Source: Verrucomicrobiota bacterium
GTDB taxonomy: Bacteria; Verrucomicrobiota; Verrucomicrobiia; Verrucomicrobiales; DEV007
Length of the DNA: 28,557 bases
Reading direction: 5' to 3'
Assembly: GCA_045046875.1 (NCBI GenBank)
Contig: JASFYY010000005.1
Coordinates: forward strand, 1 to 28,557
Shown here: positions 8,736 through 17,260 of the stretch, piece after piece
Layout of the letters: every line of letters begins with the position of its first letter
Numbering within the stretch: position 1 is the stretch's first letter
Made by a program: the position numbers and the translations under genes
Notes under the pieces: model-generated
The model's database searches: none
Told to the model about the DNA's origin: nothing
What the model saw: only the letters and a program-made list of their open reading frames with translations

Positions 8736-8818
8736 AAACCAGACGCCCGAGCTACGCAAAAATTGCCATCTTCTTTTTTGCGTCTTAGCACATTTCAGAT
8801 TCGTTGTTATCTTATGTT

Positions 8819-9313
8819 ATGACTAAGAAAGACAAACCCACCCTGGTAAAAATAGATTCTCTTATCAAGGAAGGCGGCGAGAGCGCGTTGCCTGAAATCC
8901 TCGACATCATCCTGGATTACTTCGGATGTGTTACCGGCACAGTTCACGTGCTGAACTGTGTGACGGGTTTGCTCGACTTGAAAGCCCAGCGCGGCATACC
9001 TGACTCGATCCTCGAAACGATTAGCGCGATCCCTGTGGGTAAGGGAATGGCAGGGCTTGCCGCCAAACGCCACGCCGCCGTGCAAGTATGCAACCTGCAA
9101 ACTGACGAATCAGGCAAAGCCAAGCCTGCGGCAAAAGACACCAAGATGGAAGGCTGCATCGCAGCCCCCATGTTTCTGAAAGCGGGGCCACATGATGATT
9201 TGTTCGGCATTTTGGGAGTCGCCATGCCCACCTCCCACGACTACAGCGAAGCAGAAATCGCCGACTTGGATGACTTCGGCCGAGTGATCGCCGTCGCCTT
9301 GACTGAGTCCTGA
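8819..9313 (+). CDS. Stand-alone GAF domain protein
   Basis: IPVGKGMAGLAA, IAAPM...GILGVA...YSEAEIADL pattern typical of GAF domains; ATG 8819 preferred over TTG 8804. Confidence 0.82.
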   Translation: MTKKDKPTLVKIDSLIKEGGESALPEILDIILDYFGCVTGTVHVLNCVTGLLDLKAQRGIPDSILETISAIPVGKGMAGLAAKRHAAVQVCNLQTDESGKAKPAAKDTKMEGCIAAPMFLKAGPHDDLFGILGVAMPTSHDYSEAEIADLDDFGRVIAVALTES

Positions 9314-9396
9314 CTTATACCGTTTATCTAGCTGTTTTTAACCGCGGATCACATCTTAATATTAAGAGTAGTGATATCAGCAAATCCCAAAACCTT

Positions 9397-10668
9397 TCAC
9401 TCGGCTTCGCGAAAGGCGTAAACCACACCGTCCTCGCCACTGATCACCAGGGTCCCGCGGGAAATCGCCGGTGACGCGGTGAGCTTGGCACCGATTTCGT
9501 ATGACCACAGCTCCTCTCCGCTTGCCGGATCGACAGCATACAGCCTGCCATCCATGCCTCCCACGTAGAGCGCGCTGTCACACACCACCGTCGAACTATC
9601 GACATTTTTACGCGTAGCAAAACGCCACACCTCCTTGCCGCTGACCCGGTCCAGACAACGCAGCAGCTTGTCCCGCCCTCCCACGTAAACCCGGTCCTTG
9701 CTCACCGCCGGTGAAGCGTAAAGTTCCACCCCATTGCCCGCCGCGACCTTCCACACCTCTTCGCCCGCGGCTACATCGTAAGCTCCGATCTCACCACCAA
9801 AATGAGCCACATAAGCAATGCCATCGCGCACCCCGGCCGAGTTCGGGATGTAGGCCCCCACATCAAAGTTGCGGATCTCCTTACCACTCTGCGCCGAGAT
9901 CACATGCAACAATCCATCGCAGCCACCCACAATCACTGCTGCCTCATCCCCCTCGACCACAGAGGGCGTGCCTACCAGGTAATTGTCCGTCTCATACTTC
10001 CAAATCAACTTCCCGGTCGCAGCATCCACTGCATACAAGTGATTGTCATAACTGCCAAAAAACAAGCGCGTCTGGAGTTTGCCCGTCGCCGGGTCTTTCA
10101 CCTGCAAAACATTCACCCCTCCTTCAATTTTATCATCCGTTTCAAAGCGCCATTTTTCCTCCCCTGTTTCCCTGTCCAAAGCATAAAGAAAACCATACTG
10201 ACAACCAAAAAAGACCTGATCCCCAACCACGGCGGCCGGCCCGGTGATCGGCCCCTCTGATTGATACTGCCATTTTTTCTTGCCGTCTTTCAGATCGAGA
10301 CAAAAAAAGCGTGACTGCTCGGTGCCCAGATACACCATAGCATCCACGATCACTGCAGTGGCTTTAATCGGATAAGCCCGTTTGCGTTTTTTTACCTCGG
10401 TGCCCTCTTCCTGATTAGCTTCGTCTTCCGCATGAAATTCCCAAACCAACTCGAGCGGGGCTTTCAAATTCTCCTTCGATACCCCCTGCATTTGTGCATC
10501 CCTCCGAAACAAAGGCCAATCCTGCTGCACCTTTTTCGCCCCCGCCCCATCACTTGCCGCATCTGCCGCAGCTCCTGTTTTTGCTTTACCTCCGTCACAA
10601 GCTACCGAGAAAAACACCGCGATAGCCAATAAAACAACCAGACCCCTAATTTGAACACTTATTTTCAT
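9397..10668 (-). CDS. PQQ-binding-like beta-propeller repeat lipoprotein (BamB/AfsK-like)
   Basis: Lipobox SVA-C after a hydrophobic stretch; WPLFRRD; repeated LYALD..TGE.KW.F blades; start placed at ATG 10668 to avoid overlap with the divergent gene. Confidence 0.88.
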   Translation of the reverse strand: MKISVQIRGLVVLLAIAVFFSVACDGGKAKTGAAADAASDGAGAKKVQQDWPLFRRDAQMQGVSKENLKAPLELVWEFHAEDEANQEEGTEVKKRKRAYPIKATAVIVDAMVYLGTEQSRFFCLDLKDGKKKWQYQSEGPITGPAAVVGDQVFFGCQYGFLYALDRETGEEKWRFETDDKIEGGVNVLQVKDPATGKLQTRLFFGSYDNHLYAVDAATGKLIWKYETDNYLVGTPSVVEGDEAAVIVGGCDGLLHVISAQSGKEIRNFDVGAYIPNSAGVRDGIAYVAHFGGEIGAYDVAAGEEVWKVAAGNGVELYASPAVSKDRVYVGGRDKLLRCLDRVSGKEVWRFATRKNVDSSTVVCDSALYVGGMDGRLYAVDPASGEELWSYEIGAKLTASPAISRGTLVISGEDGVVYAFREAE

Positions 10669-10742
10669 CAACAATAAACTAGCACAAATTTCTATACCGG
10701 AGATATAATTCAAGCCACTATTAGCTAACTTGCCCAAAACAA

Positions 10743-11729
10743 ATGATTTCCAAATTGCCAACGCTGCTCGTAAGCACTGCACTTTCCGTGTTGCTGCTGC
10801 TGGTTGCTTGCAATCGCAATGAAAAAAACAAAAGCTCCAAGCCCCGGAGCACTCAGCTGGAACGGGAATATCTGCTGCTGCAAAAAAAACACCAAGAGCT
10901 GCAATCCAGAGTCATTAAGTTGCAGCAGGAAACCGACGCTTTCAAAGCAGACAAAAGTGCCGTCACCGATCAGGAAAATCAGATCGTCAATCGTTTGACC
11001 CAGACCCAGCAAAAACTCAATCACCTGCAACACGAATACCAAACCCTGCAAAAGGACTACGCCGGACTCGAAAAATCCATCGCACCACTAGCAGCTCAAC
11101 TCAAAGCCACTGTAGCGGCTCACCGCAAGGAATTGATTGGAACCGAACTAGGTAACCTCACCTTGGCCAATGGCCGGCAACTGCAACAATCCAAGGTCAC
11201 GGATATCACCGATCACTATTTACGCCTTAAATTCGCTTCAGGTTGGATGAATGTTCCCTACGACGACCTTCCGACAGCTATTCAAAAACGCTTTTTCATC
11301 AAAGGCTCCCTGGTTTCATCTGAAGCCCTGCTAGGTAAGACCCCGCAAAACAAAACTCCCCCCCCGGCGCCCAAATCAACCAACGGAAAAACACAAAACT
11401 CGTCCCCAATGGAAGAAGCCTTCGCCGAGCGCCACCGGCGCGAACTCGAACAATACCGGCTTTCCATCCAACCCAGAATCACTTCACTTCAAAACAAACT
11501 TTCGGCCGCCAAACAGAAAATTTCAAATCTAGGCAAAGAGCGAATCAAAACATCCCAATATTATTCCCGTCGCAGCGGCAGTATCAAGCGCTCTCCAGTG
11601 GACCGCGACAACGCACTCAAAAAAATCGACGATGAAGTGCAACGATTGAAACTCGCCATCCAGGTGGCGGAAGTACAAATAAAAAGCTGGCAAAAAGAAT
11701 TGAAAACTGCGACAGGCAATGACAAATAA
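10743..11729 (+). CDS. Hypothetical coiled-coil lipoprotein
   Basis: Lipobox LVA-C; long heptad repeats at both ends flanking a small beta-rich domain (LTLANGRQL...GWMNVPYDDLP). Confidence 0.78.
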   Translation: MISKLPTLLVSTALSVLLLLVACNRNEKNKSSKPRSTQLEREYLLLQKKHQELQSRVIKLQQETDAFKADKSAVTDQENQIVNRLTQTQQKLNHLQHEYQTLQKDYAGLEKSIAPLAAQLKATVAAHRKELIGTELGNLTLANGRQLQQSKVTDITDHYLRLKFASGWMNVPYDDLPTAIQKRFFIKGSLVSSEALLGKTPQNKTPPPAPKSTNGKTQNSSPMEEAFAERHRRELEQYRLSIQPRITSLQNKLSAAKQKISNLGKERIKTSQYYSRRSGSIKRSPVDRDNALKKIDDEVQRLKLAIQVAEVQIKSWQKELKTATGNDK

Positions 11730-11765
11730 GCACGCAGCCAAACCTTTCCCGTTTCTCACTCACCG

Positions 11766-12500
11766 ATGAAAAAACATCCAGCGCCCTTGCTGAAATTTGC
11801 AACCAAATCCGCCCCCTTGCACAAACGTCTGGGCAACGCGCAAAAAGCAGGCTTCCATCATGCCGAATTATTCCTAAATAGCACGCTCTTGGAAAACTGG
11901 AAAGACGTGGCTGACATCGCCGGGGACCACAACTTGAGCTACGGCCTGCATTTCCCCAATCGCGCCCCACTCACCCGTAAACATTTGAAAAAGGCCGTCA
12001 AACTCTACCACCGGCTCAATTGTGAGTCCATGGTCATCCATCGACCTATGTTCCGTCTTTATGCCCCGGATTTGCTCAACCTGGATCCCGAACTTTATCT
12101 CGCAGTGGAAAACCACCGTCTCAATCCTCAAAACTTTTGGCACTGGGCCGAAAATTATCAGTGGCTGACTCTGGATGTCGAGCACTTATGGAAATACACC
12201 CTCAAACAAGCCCCGCTGCCTACTTTCTTATTTACTTTGAAAAAATTCCTCAAGCGCCACGGCCACCAGGTTCGTCGTGTTCACCTTCCTGGTTATGAGC
12301 CCGGATCAAAAGAGCACCGCCCCATCCACAGCAACCCCCGTTTGGGCCGCAAAGTGTTCACCGCTCTAGCAAAAATCAATTACCAAGGGCTGGTGGTTTC
12401 CGAAACCCGACCGGCCCTGCAAACCCCTGAATTGTTGCGAAAAGATGTTAGGTTTTACCAAAGCTGGCAGAAAAAACGCCTGGCTAAAATCAAAAAATAA
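11766..12500 (+). CDS. Xylose isomerase-like TIM-barrel protein (sugar phosphate isomerase/epimerase / AP endonuclease 2 superfamily)
   Basis: GFHHAELF, LHFP, MVIH, LAVENH, LTLDVEH, VHLPG, EH, YQGLVVSE metal-ligand pattern. Confidence 0.7.
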   Translation: MKKHPAPLLKFATKSAPLHKRLGNAQKAGFHHAELFLNSTLLENWKDVADIAGDHNLSYGLHFPNRAPLTRKHLKKAVKLYHRLNCESMVIHRPMFRLYAPDLLNLDPELYLAVENHRLNPQNFWHWAENYQWLTLDVEHLWKYTLKQAPLPTFLFTLKKFLKRHGHQVRRVHLPGYEPGSKEHRPIHSNPRLGRKVFTALAKINYQGLVVSETRPALQTPELLRKDVRFYQSWQKKRLAKIKK

Positions 12501-12527
12501 AAGCCTGATCCTGAGAGCCCGGCCAAC

Positions 12528-13430
12528 TTATTTCTTTTTCCGCAACAAACGACGGCGCATTTTTTCCCAATCCTCATTGGGTAAAGCTTGCCAAACATTC
12601 AAGTCTTTGAACTCTGCCGACTCTCCAGCCACCGTGAATCCCAACTTGGCTTTTTCAGTTCCAATCAGTTCATCCGACCCAAAACCAATTTCTTCCCCGA
12701 TTTGCCCTAACATCTCATCACCGAGAATCTCAATACGCGCGGTGTGCCATACTCCCGCTTCGAGCTCAAGCTCACGTCGTTCAAACTGCACCCCTTTGTC
12801 GGGTCCCTCATGGTCATGATCATCTTTTTGCACTGTGAAACCACTGGCGTTGATGCTCATACGGCAAACGTGTTCTTTTTCATCATCGATGCTCAGGCTG
12901 ATCCCCTTGGCTCCATCCAACTTGAATGAAAATTCGATGATCGCATTTTTAAACGGCAAGGCACGTTTAAAAACAGCCCCATGGTCATCAGCAACCAACT
13001 CAGCACCTTTTAGCGAACCATCCCTGGCTTGCCAGGCACCCATCGGATGACGCCAGTCAGCTGCCATGGTAGAAAAATCATCGCTGAACAACAATTTGCC
13101 AGCTTTAGTCATCAGCGGTGAAGTCGCGGGTTTGGGCTGCTCTGCTACTTTTTCCATTTCAGCTCTTTCCGCCTCCCATTGCTTCACATATTCCGCGTCC
13201 GCTTTGCTCACTTCAAACAACTTGAGCTGATACTCACGCCCGTTTTTCATAGCCAGAGTGATTTTGCCATCGGTGCTGTTCAACAAAGACGCCTCGATTT
13301 TTTTTCCCTGCTGATTGGTCCACGTCCGGTATTCCACTTGATCAGCAGCCTCGATGCCCGCCCCTGCCGCCAGAAACACCGCCAATGCACTTATTATCAA
13401 GCCTCTACGGATGTTGTTTGTTTTTTTCAT
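12528..13430 (-). CDS. Secreted protein with N-terminal SHD1-like domain and C-terminal concanavalin A-like (DUF1080/LamG-type) domain
   Basis: Signal peptide; YRTWTNQQGKKIEASL...VSKADAEYV (SHD1-like); LLFSDDF...WHTARIEILGD...EFKDLNVW (beta-sandwich). Confidence 0.75.
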   Translation of the reverse strand: MKKTNNIRRGLIISALAVFLAAGAGIEAADQVEYRTWTNQQGKKIEASLLNSTDGKITLAMKNGREYQLKLFEVSKADAEYVKQWEAERAEMEKVAEQPKPATSPLMTKAGKLLFSDDFSTMAADWRHPMGAWQARDGSLKGAELVADDHGAVFKRALPFKNAIIEFSFKLDGAKGISLSIDDEKEHVCRMSINASGFTVQKDDHDHEGPDKGVQFERRELELEAGVWHTARIEILGDEMLGQIGEEIGFGSDELIGTEKAKLGFTVAGESAEFKDLNVWQALPNEDWEKMRRRLLRKKK

Positions 13431-13598
13431 ACTTGCTCTTTTTGCTGTTATCGGAAAAATGTAACTGCATTCACCATCCCCAACCAGAGGGAATTCAGCT
13501 TTTTTTCTGCGTATATTGTCATTTTTAGAGACAGAAAGCTTCCCATGCGGCGCTTTTTTTACTAGAAAGGCAGTATTAGCAGAGAAGATCCCTGAATA

Positions 13599-14108
13599 AT
13601 GGCAAAAATCAGCTCATGGAATGATTGGATACGGACCCACGGTTCGAAACTTATGCTGTACTCCCGTCAGCAAACCCGCAGCGAAGCTGACGCTGAAGAT
13701 GTTTTGCAAAAAGCCCTGGTCAAAACCTGGAAAACTGTCGGTGAGCAACCAGAGGATAAAATCCTGGGCTTGGTATACACCAATGTGCGTCGTTGCGCTA
13801 TTGATCAAGGCCGCAGCCAGGATCGCCGCACTCGAAGAGAAGAATTTTTTGTCGCTGAAACCGGCGATCCGGTGTCATGGTTTGAGCTGCCCGAAGATGA
13901 TGAAAGCCGGGCACTGCAAGTGGCACTCTCCTCCATCCCGGAAAAATACCGTGAAGTCATCACCCTCAAAATCTGGGGTGACCTGACCTTTGACCAAATC
14001 GGCAAAACCCTTGAAATCTCACCTAATACCGCCGCTTCCCGCTATCGCTACGGAATCGGAGCGCTGCGCACCCGGCTCGCTCGCGAAGCTGAATATTTGC
14101 TGAATTAG
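13599..14108 (+). CDS. ECF-family RNA polymerase sigma-70 factor
   Basis: 169 aa; region 2 DAEDVLQ...RRCAIDQGR; region 4 IPEKYREVITLKIWGDLTFDQIGKTLEISPNTAASRYRYG. Confidence 0.92.
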   Translation: MAKISSWNDWIRTHGSKLMLYSRQQTRSEADAEDVLQKALVKTWKTVGEQPEDKILGLVYTNVRRCAIDQGRSQDRRTRREEFFVAETGDPVSWFELPEDDESRALQVALSSIPEKYREVITLKIWGDLTFDQIGKTLEISPNTAASRYRYGIGALRTRLAREAEYLLN

Positions 14109-14161
14109 CCGCTTGCCTGGGAGAAGCTGAAGCATAATGTAAGTCTTCACAACATCCCCCC

Positions 14162-15748
14162 ATGAAACCCTTGCTGTATTTGTCACTCGTTCTGCTTGCC
14201 TGCTGCCCCGCCTCCCTAGCCGCTGCCGAGCGCCCCAATATTCTGCTCATCATGGTCGATGACATGGGTTGGTCTGACCTGGGATGTTATGGTGGAGAAA
14301 TCGACACCCCTCACATCGACTCCCTGGCCAGGGAGGGTTTGCGTTTCACCCAGTTTTACAACAACGCCGTCTGCGGAGCGACCCGTGCATCCCTGCTCTC
14401 CGGGCTCTACAGCCAACAGACCGGACACCGCGGTGACCGCTGGAACGAACCGAAGAATTTCTCCAAATGTGTGCTGATCCCCGAAGTCCTGCAAGCCAAT
14501 GGTTACCACACCGCCATGGTCGGCAAGTGGCAAGGGCGGGATCTAGCGGTGAAACGTGGTTTTGACCGTTTTTTCGGCCCCAACTGCCAAGGTAAAATCA
14601 GCTATTGGAACGCGGTGAAAAACAACGACTTCTACCTCGATGATCAAGCCTGGGAATTTCCCAAGGATTTCTTCATGACCGAAGCCTTTAACGACCATGC
14701 TGAAGAGTTTCTCCAGGATGCGGTGAAAAAAGAACAGCCCTTTTTTCTCTACGCGGCCTACATAGCTCCGCACTGGCCCTTGCACGCAAGGGAACAGGAC
14801 ATCGAACCTTACCGTAAACGCTACTTGGAACAAGGATGGGACGAATGGACCCAAAAGCGACAGCACCGGCAGCGCGAACTAGGTTTGCTTCCCACCCAGT
14901 GGAGCCCTGCACCAAAAGACCCAAGCGTTCCAGATTGGCAGCAAGACAAAAACAAAATCTGGCAAGCCGAACGCATGGCGGTGTACGCCGCACAGATCAG
15001 CAAAGTGGATCAAGGGGTGGGCCGTCTGTTGAAAGTATTAAAAGATTCCGGCGCGGATAAAAACACCCTGGTTCTTTTTCTCTCTGACAACGGCGCGGCC
15101 AGCGACGGAGCATTCATTCCATCCAAAAGCGGTCTAGGATTCCCTTTAAAAAAAGGCAGCCCTGCGTGGCGGAACGACGGAGAAAAAATCAAAGGCGGCA
15201 GTGGCCCCGACCACATGCCCGGCCCGGCTGACACCTTTTCCGGGTATGGCAAAGCCTGGGCAGGCACCAGCAGCGTCCCTTTTCGCAGCTACAAACAATC
15301 GGCTTATGAAGGTGGCATCCGCACTCCACTGATCGCACGTTGGCCAGAGTTGATCAAACAAGGCGGACAGTTCACCGATCAACCCGGGCACGTGATGGAC
15401 TTCATGGCAACCTTCCTCGATTTGGCCGGCATCGAATACCCCGCCGAATTCCAGGGTCGCCACCCCGTCGCGATGGAAGGGCGCAGCCTGGTTCCGATCT
15501 TCCGCGGCAAACAACGCGAGCCACATCCGCTGCTCGCTTGGAATTGCGCCCGTGGCCGCGCGGTCATCATGGGAGACTGGAAACTGGTGAAACCCAAAGG
15601 CCGCGCTCATGCCAATGCTCCGTGGGAACTCTATAATCTGAAACAAGACGGCGGTGAAACCCGCAACCTGGCCTCCGAACAAATCGAACGAGTCCAACAA
15701 ATGGAGCAGGCTTATCTGAATTGGAAAAAGCGGGTAGGAGCCCAATAA
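14162..15748 (+). CDS. Secreted arylsulfatase (family S1, AtsA-like)
   Basis: Signal peptide; PNILLIMVDDMGWSDLGCYGGEIDTP, CGATRASLLSG, GKWQ, APHWPLHA, LSDNG, YEGGIRTP. Confidence 0.92.
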   Translation: MKPLLYLSLVLLACCPASLAAAERPNILLIMVDDMGWSDLGCYGGEIDTPHIDSLAREGLRFTQFYNNAVCGATRASLLSGLYSQQTGHRGDRWNEPKNFSKCVLIPEVLQANGYHTAMVGKWQGRDLAVKRGFDRFFGPNCQGKISYWNAVKNNDFYLDDQAWEFPKDFFMTEAFNDHAEEFLQDAVKKEQPFFLYAAYIAPHWPLHAREQDIEPYRKRYLEQGWDEWTQKRQHRQRELGLLPTQWSPAPKDPSVPDWQQDKNKIWQAERMAVYAAQISKVDQGVGRLLKVLKDSGADKNTLVLFLSDNGAASDGAFIPSKSGLGFPLKKGSPAWRNDGEKIKGGSGPDHMPGPADTFSGYGKAWAGTSSVPFRSYKQSAYEGGIRTPLIARWPELIKQGGQFTDQPGHVMDFMATFLDLAGIEYPAEFQGRHPVAMEGRSLVPIFRGKQREPHPLLAWNCARGRAVIMGDWKLVKPKGRAHANAPWELYNLKQDGGETRNLASEQIERVQQMEQAYLNWKKRVGAQ

Positions 15749-15764
15749 ACCAGCAACTCCCCTG

Positions 15765-16382
15765 CTATTTTTTTCCACCTTGCTGGACGGGTATTTTTAA
15801 CTTCACCCGGGCGCCCGTATCCATGTCGTGAACTTCAGGAAAAGCACCCTTGCGATTACAAACCAGCAAGAGCCTCTTACCTGCATTTTCACTGAGCGTG
15901 ACTTCCACATGCTCTGCCCCTTTTTTTAATTTGAATTCGGCACTCACCAGAATGCAACCCACCGGAACCCCGGAAACAAAGGACTTCTTCCTAATGATGT
16001 CGGGTTCAGTAAAACGCAGCTTGCTGCTCAGATCCATGGCTTCGCCGTCATCCACCTTGAACGTGAATTTTTCCGCTACAAACTTACGCCCTCTTTCAAA
16101 CAAAGTTTTAAACTGCGCGTCCGAACGACTGCGCAGCCATTGGGCATCAAAAATCTCCGCCCCGGCTTTTTCATAACCCACCAACAGCTCCGGTGCGTGA
16201 ATGGTGAAATACAATCGCACCTTGCCGTTTTCCGCCGTTTCCGTGAAATTCACTTCCACATTGTGATACAACTCCAGATGCGCTGAGACCTGCTCTACCC
16301 AAGTCTGTAAAAGCACCAGGATTGCCGCCGCGCAGGCCAACGTTCCGAGGTGGTTTTTCGAGTTCAGATGAGAAAAAAACAT
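15765..16382 (-). CDS. Hypothetical exported protein
   Basis: About 205 aa; hydrophobic N-terminal stretch with probable cleavage at VSA-H; fills the gap between the sulfatase and proC; start uncertain (ATG 16382 chosen). Confidence 0.65.
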   Translation of the reverse strand: MFFSHLNSKNHLGTLACAAAILVLLQTWVEQVSAHLELYHNVEVNFTETAENGKVRLYFTIHAPELLVGYEKAGAEIFDAQWLRSRSDAQFKTLFERGRKFVAEKFTFKVDDGEAMDLSSKLRFTEPDIIRKKSFVSGVPVGCILVSAEFKLKKGAEHVEVTLSENAGKRLLLVCNRKGAFPEVHDMDTGARVKLKIPVQQGGKK

Positions 16383-16432
16383 GGATTGAAGGAATTGGAC
16401 ACTATACCATAGTATCGTAAACAATTTTTATC

Positions 16433-17227
16433 ATGAATCTAGGACTTATCGGATGTGGCAAAATGGGCAGAGCTTTGCTGGAAGGCATTCTCAATAAAAA
16501 AATCGTCGAAGCCGGGCAAGTGCGGGTTTTCGACACCTATCAAGACGCCGTCAAGTTGATGGCCGACGATCTGGGCGTGCAGGCCGCCAGCAGCAATGAC
16601 GAAGTGCTTGCCAACTCGGACACCGTCCTGTTGTGCATCAAACCCCAGGGCTTTCTGACAATGCTCGAAGCCCTCGATGAACACCCCCAACGCTTACTCA
16701 TTTCCATCGCTGCCGGCATCCGCATCAGTAACATTGAAACGGCAGCAAAAAACCAGCATCGCATCATCCGCGTGATGCCCAACACCCCGGCACTGGTAGG
16801 CAAAGGCGCATCGGCTTTTTCCCTCGGCAGCAAAGCCACTGCCGATGACGCAGAAAGCGCCCGCCGCCTGCTTGCCGCAGTAGGCTACGTCAGCGAAGTC
16901 ACAGAAGACCTGCTCGATCCGGTCACCGCGCTCAGCGGAAGTGGCCCCGCCTACATCTTCGCCATGATCGAATCGATGGTGGCCGCCGCAGTGAAACTAG
17001 GCCTCGATCAACAAACCGCACTCGATCTGGCCACCCACACCGTCGCCGGTGCAGCCGAAATGGTTCTACAAACGGGCGACTCCCCCACCCAACTGCGGGA
17101 AAATGTCACCAGTCCCAACGGCACCACCTTCGCCGCCCTGGAATCTTTAAGACACAATCAATTTGATTCCATCATCCACGACGCTTTGAAAGCCGCCTGC
17201 GACCGCTCCATCGAACTAGGATCCTAA
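16433..17227 (+). CDS. proC: Pyrroline-5-carboxylate reductase
   Basis: GLIGCGKMG, CIKPQ, ISIAAG, RVMPNTP, ALSGSGPAY, VTSPNGTT. Confidence 0.96.
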   Translation: MNLGLIGCGKMGRALLEGILNKKIVEAGQVRVFDTYQDAVKLMADDLGVQAASSNDEVLANSDTVLLCIKPQGFLTMLEALDEHPQRLLISIAAGIRISNIETAAKNQHRIIRVMPNTPALVGKGASAFSLGSKATADDAESARRLLAAVGYVSEVTEDLLDPVTALSGSGPAYIFAMIESMVAAAVKLGLDQQTALDLATHTVAGAAEMVLQTGDSPTQLRENVTSPNGTTFAALESLRHNQFDSIIHDALKAACDRSIELGS

Positions 17228-17260
17228 TCTCCCATTCTCAATTTTCCATTCCTTCCCCCC

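Noticed and set aside
8795..8823. dif-like site suggested by TTATGTTA
   Set aside because: The XerC arm and 6-nt spacer do not match, and no skew inversion is evident.
8819..9313. GAF protein as free methionine-R-sulfoxide reductase (MsrC)
   Set aside because: Lacks the GxGVCG cysteine motif (reads GKGMAG); left as a generic GAF protein.
9397..10668. Calling this gene bamB or a PQQ dehydrogenase
   Set aside because: PQQ-like propellers are heavily expanded in PVC genomes; no bam or der context and no dehydrogenase catalytic features were seen.
13599..14108. Idea that the window's Ser/Thr kinase activates this ECF sigma factor by phosphorylation
   Set aside because: The sigma factor keeps the canonical acidic DAED motif, which is typically altered in phosphorylation-activated ECFs, and the kinase lies about 10 kb away.
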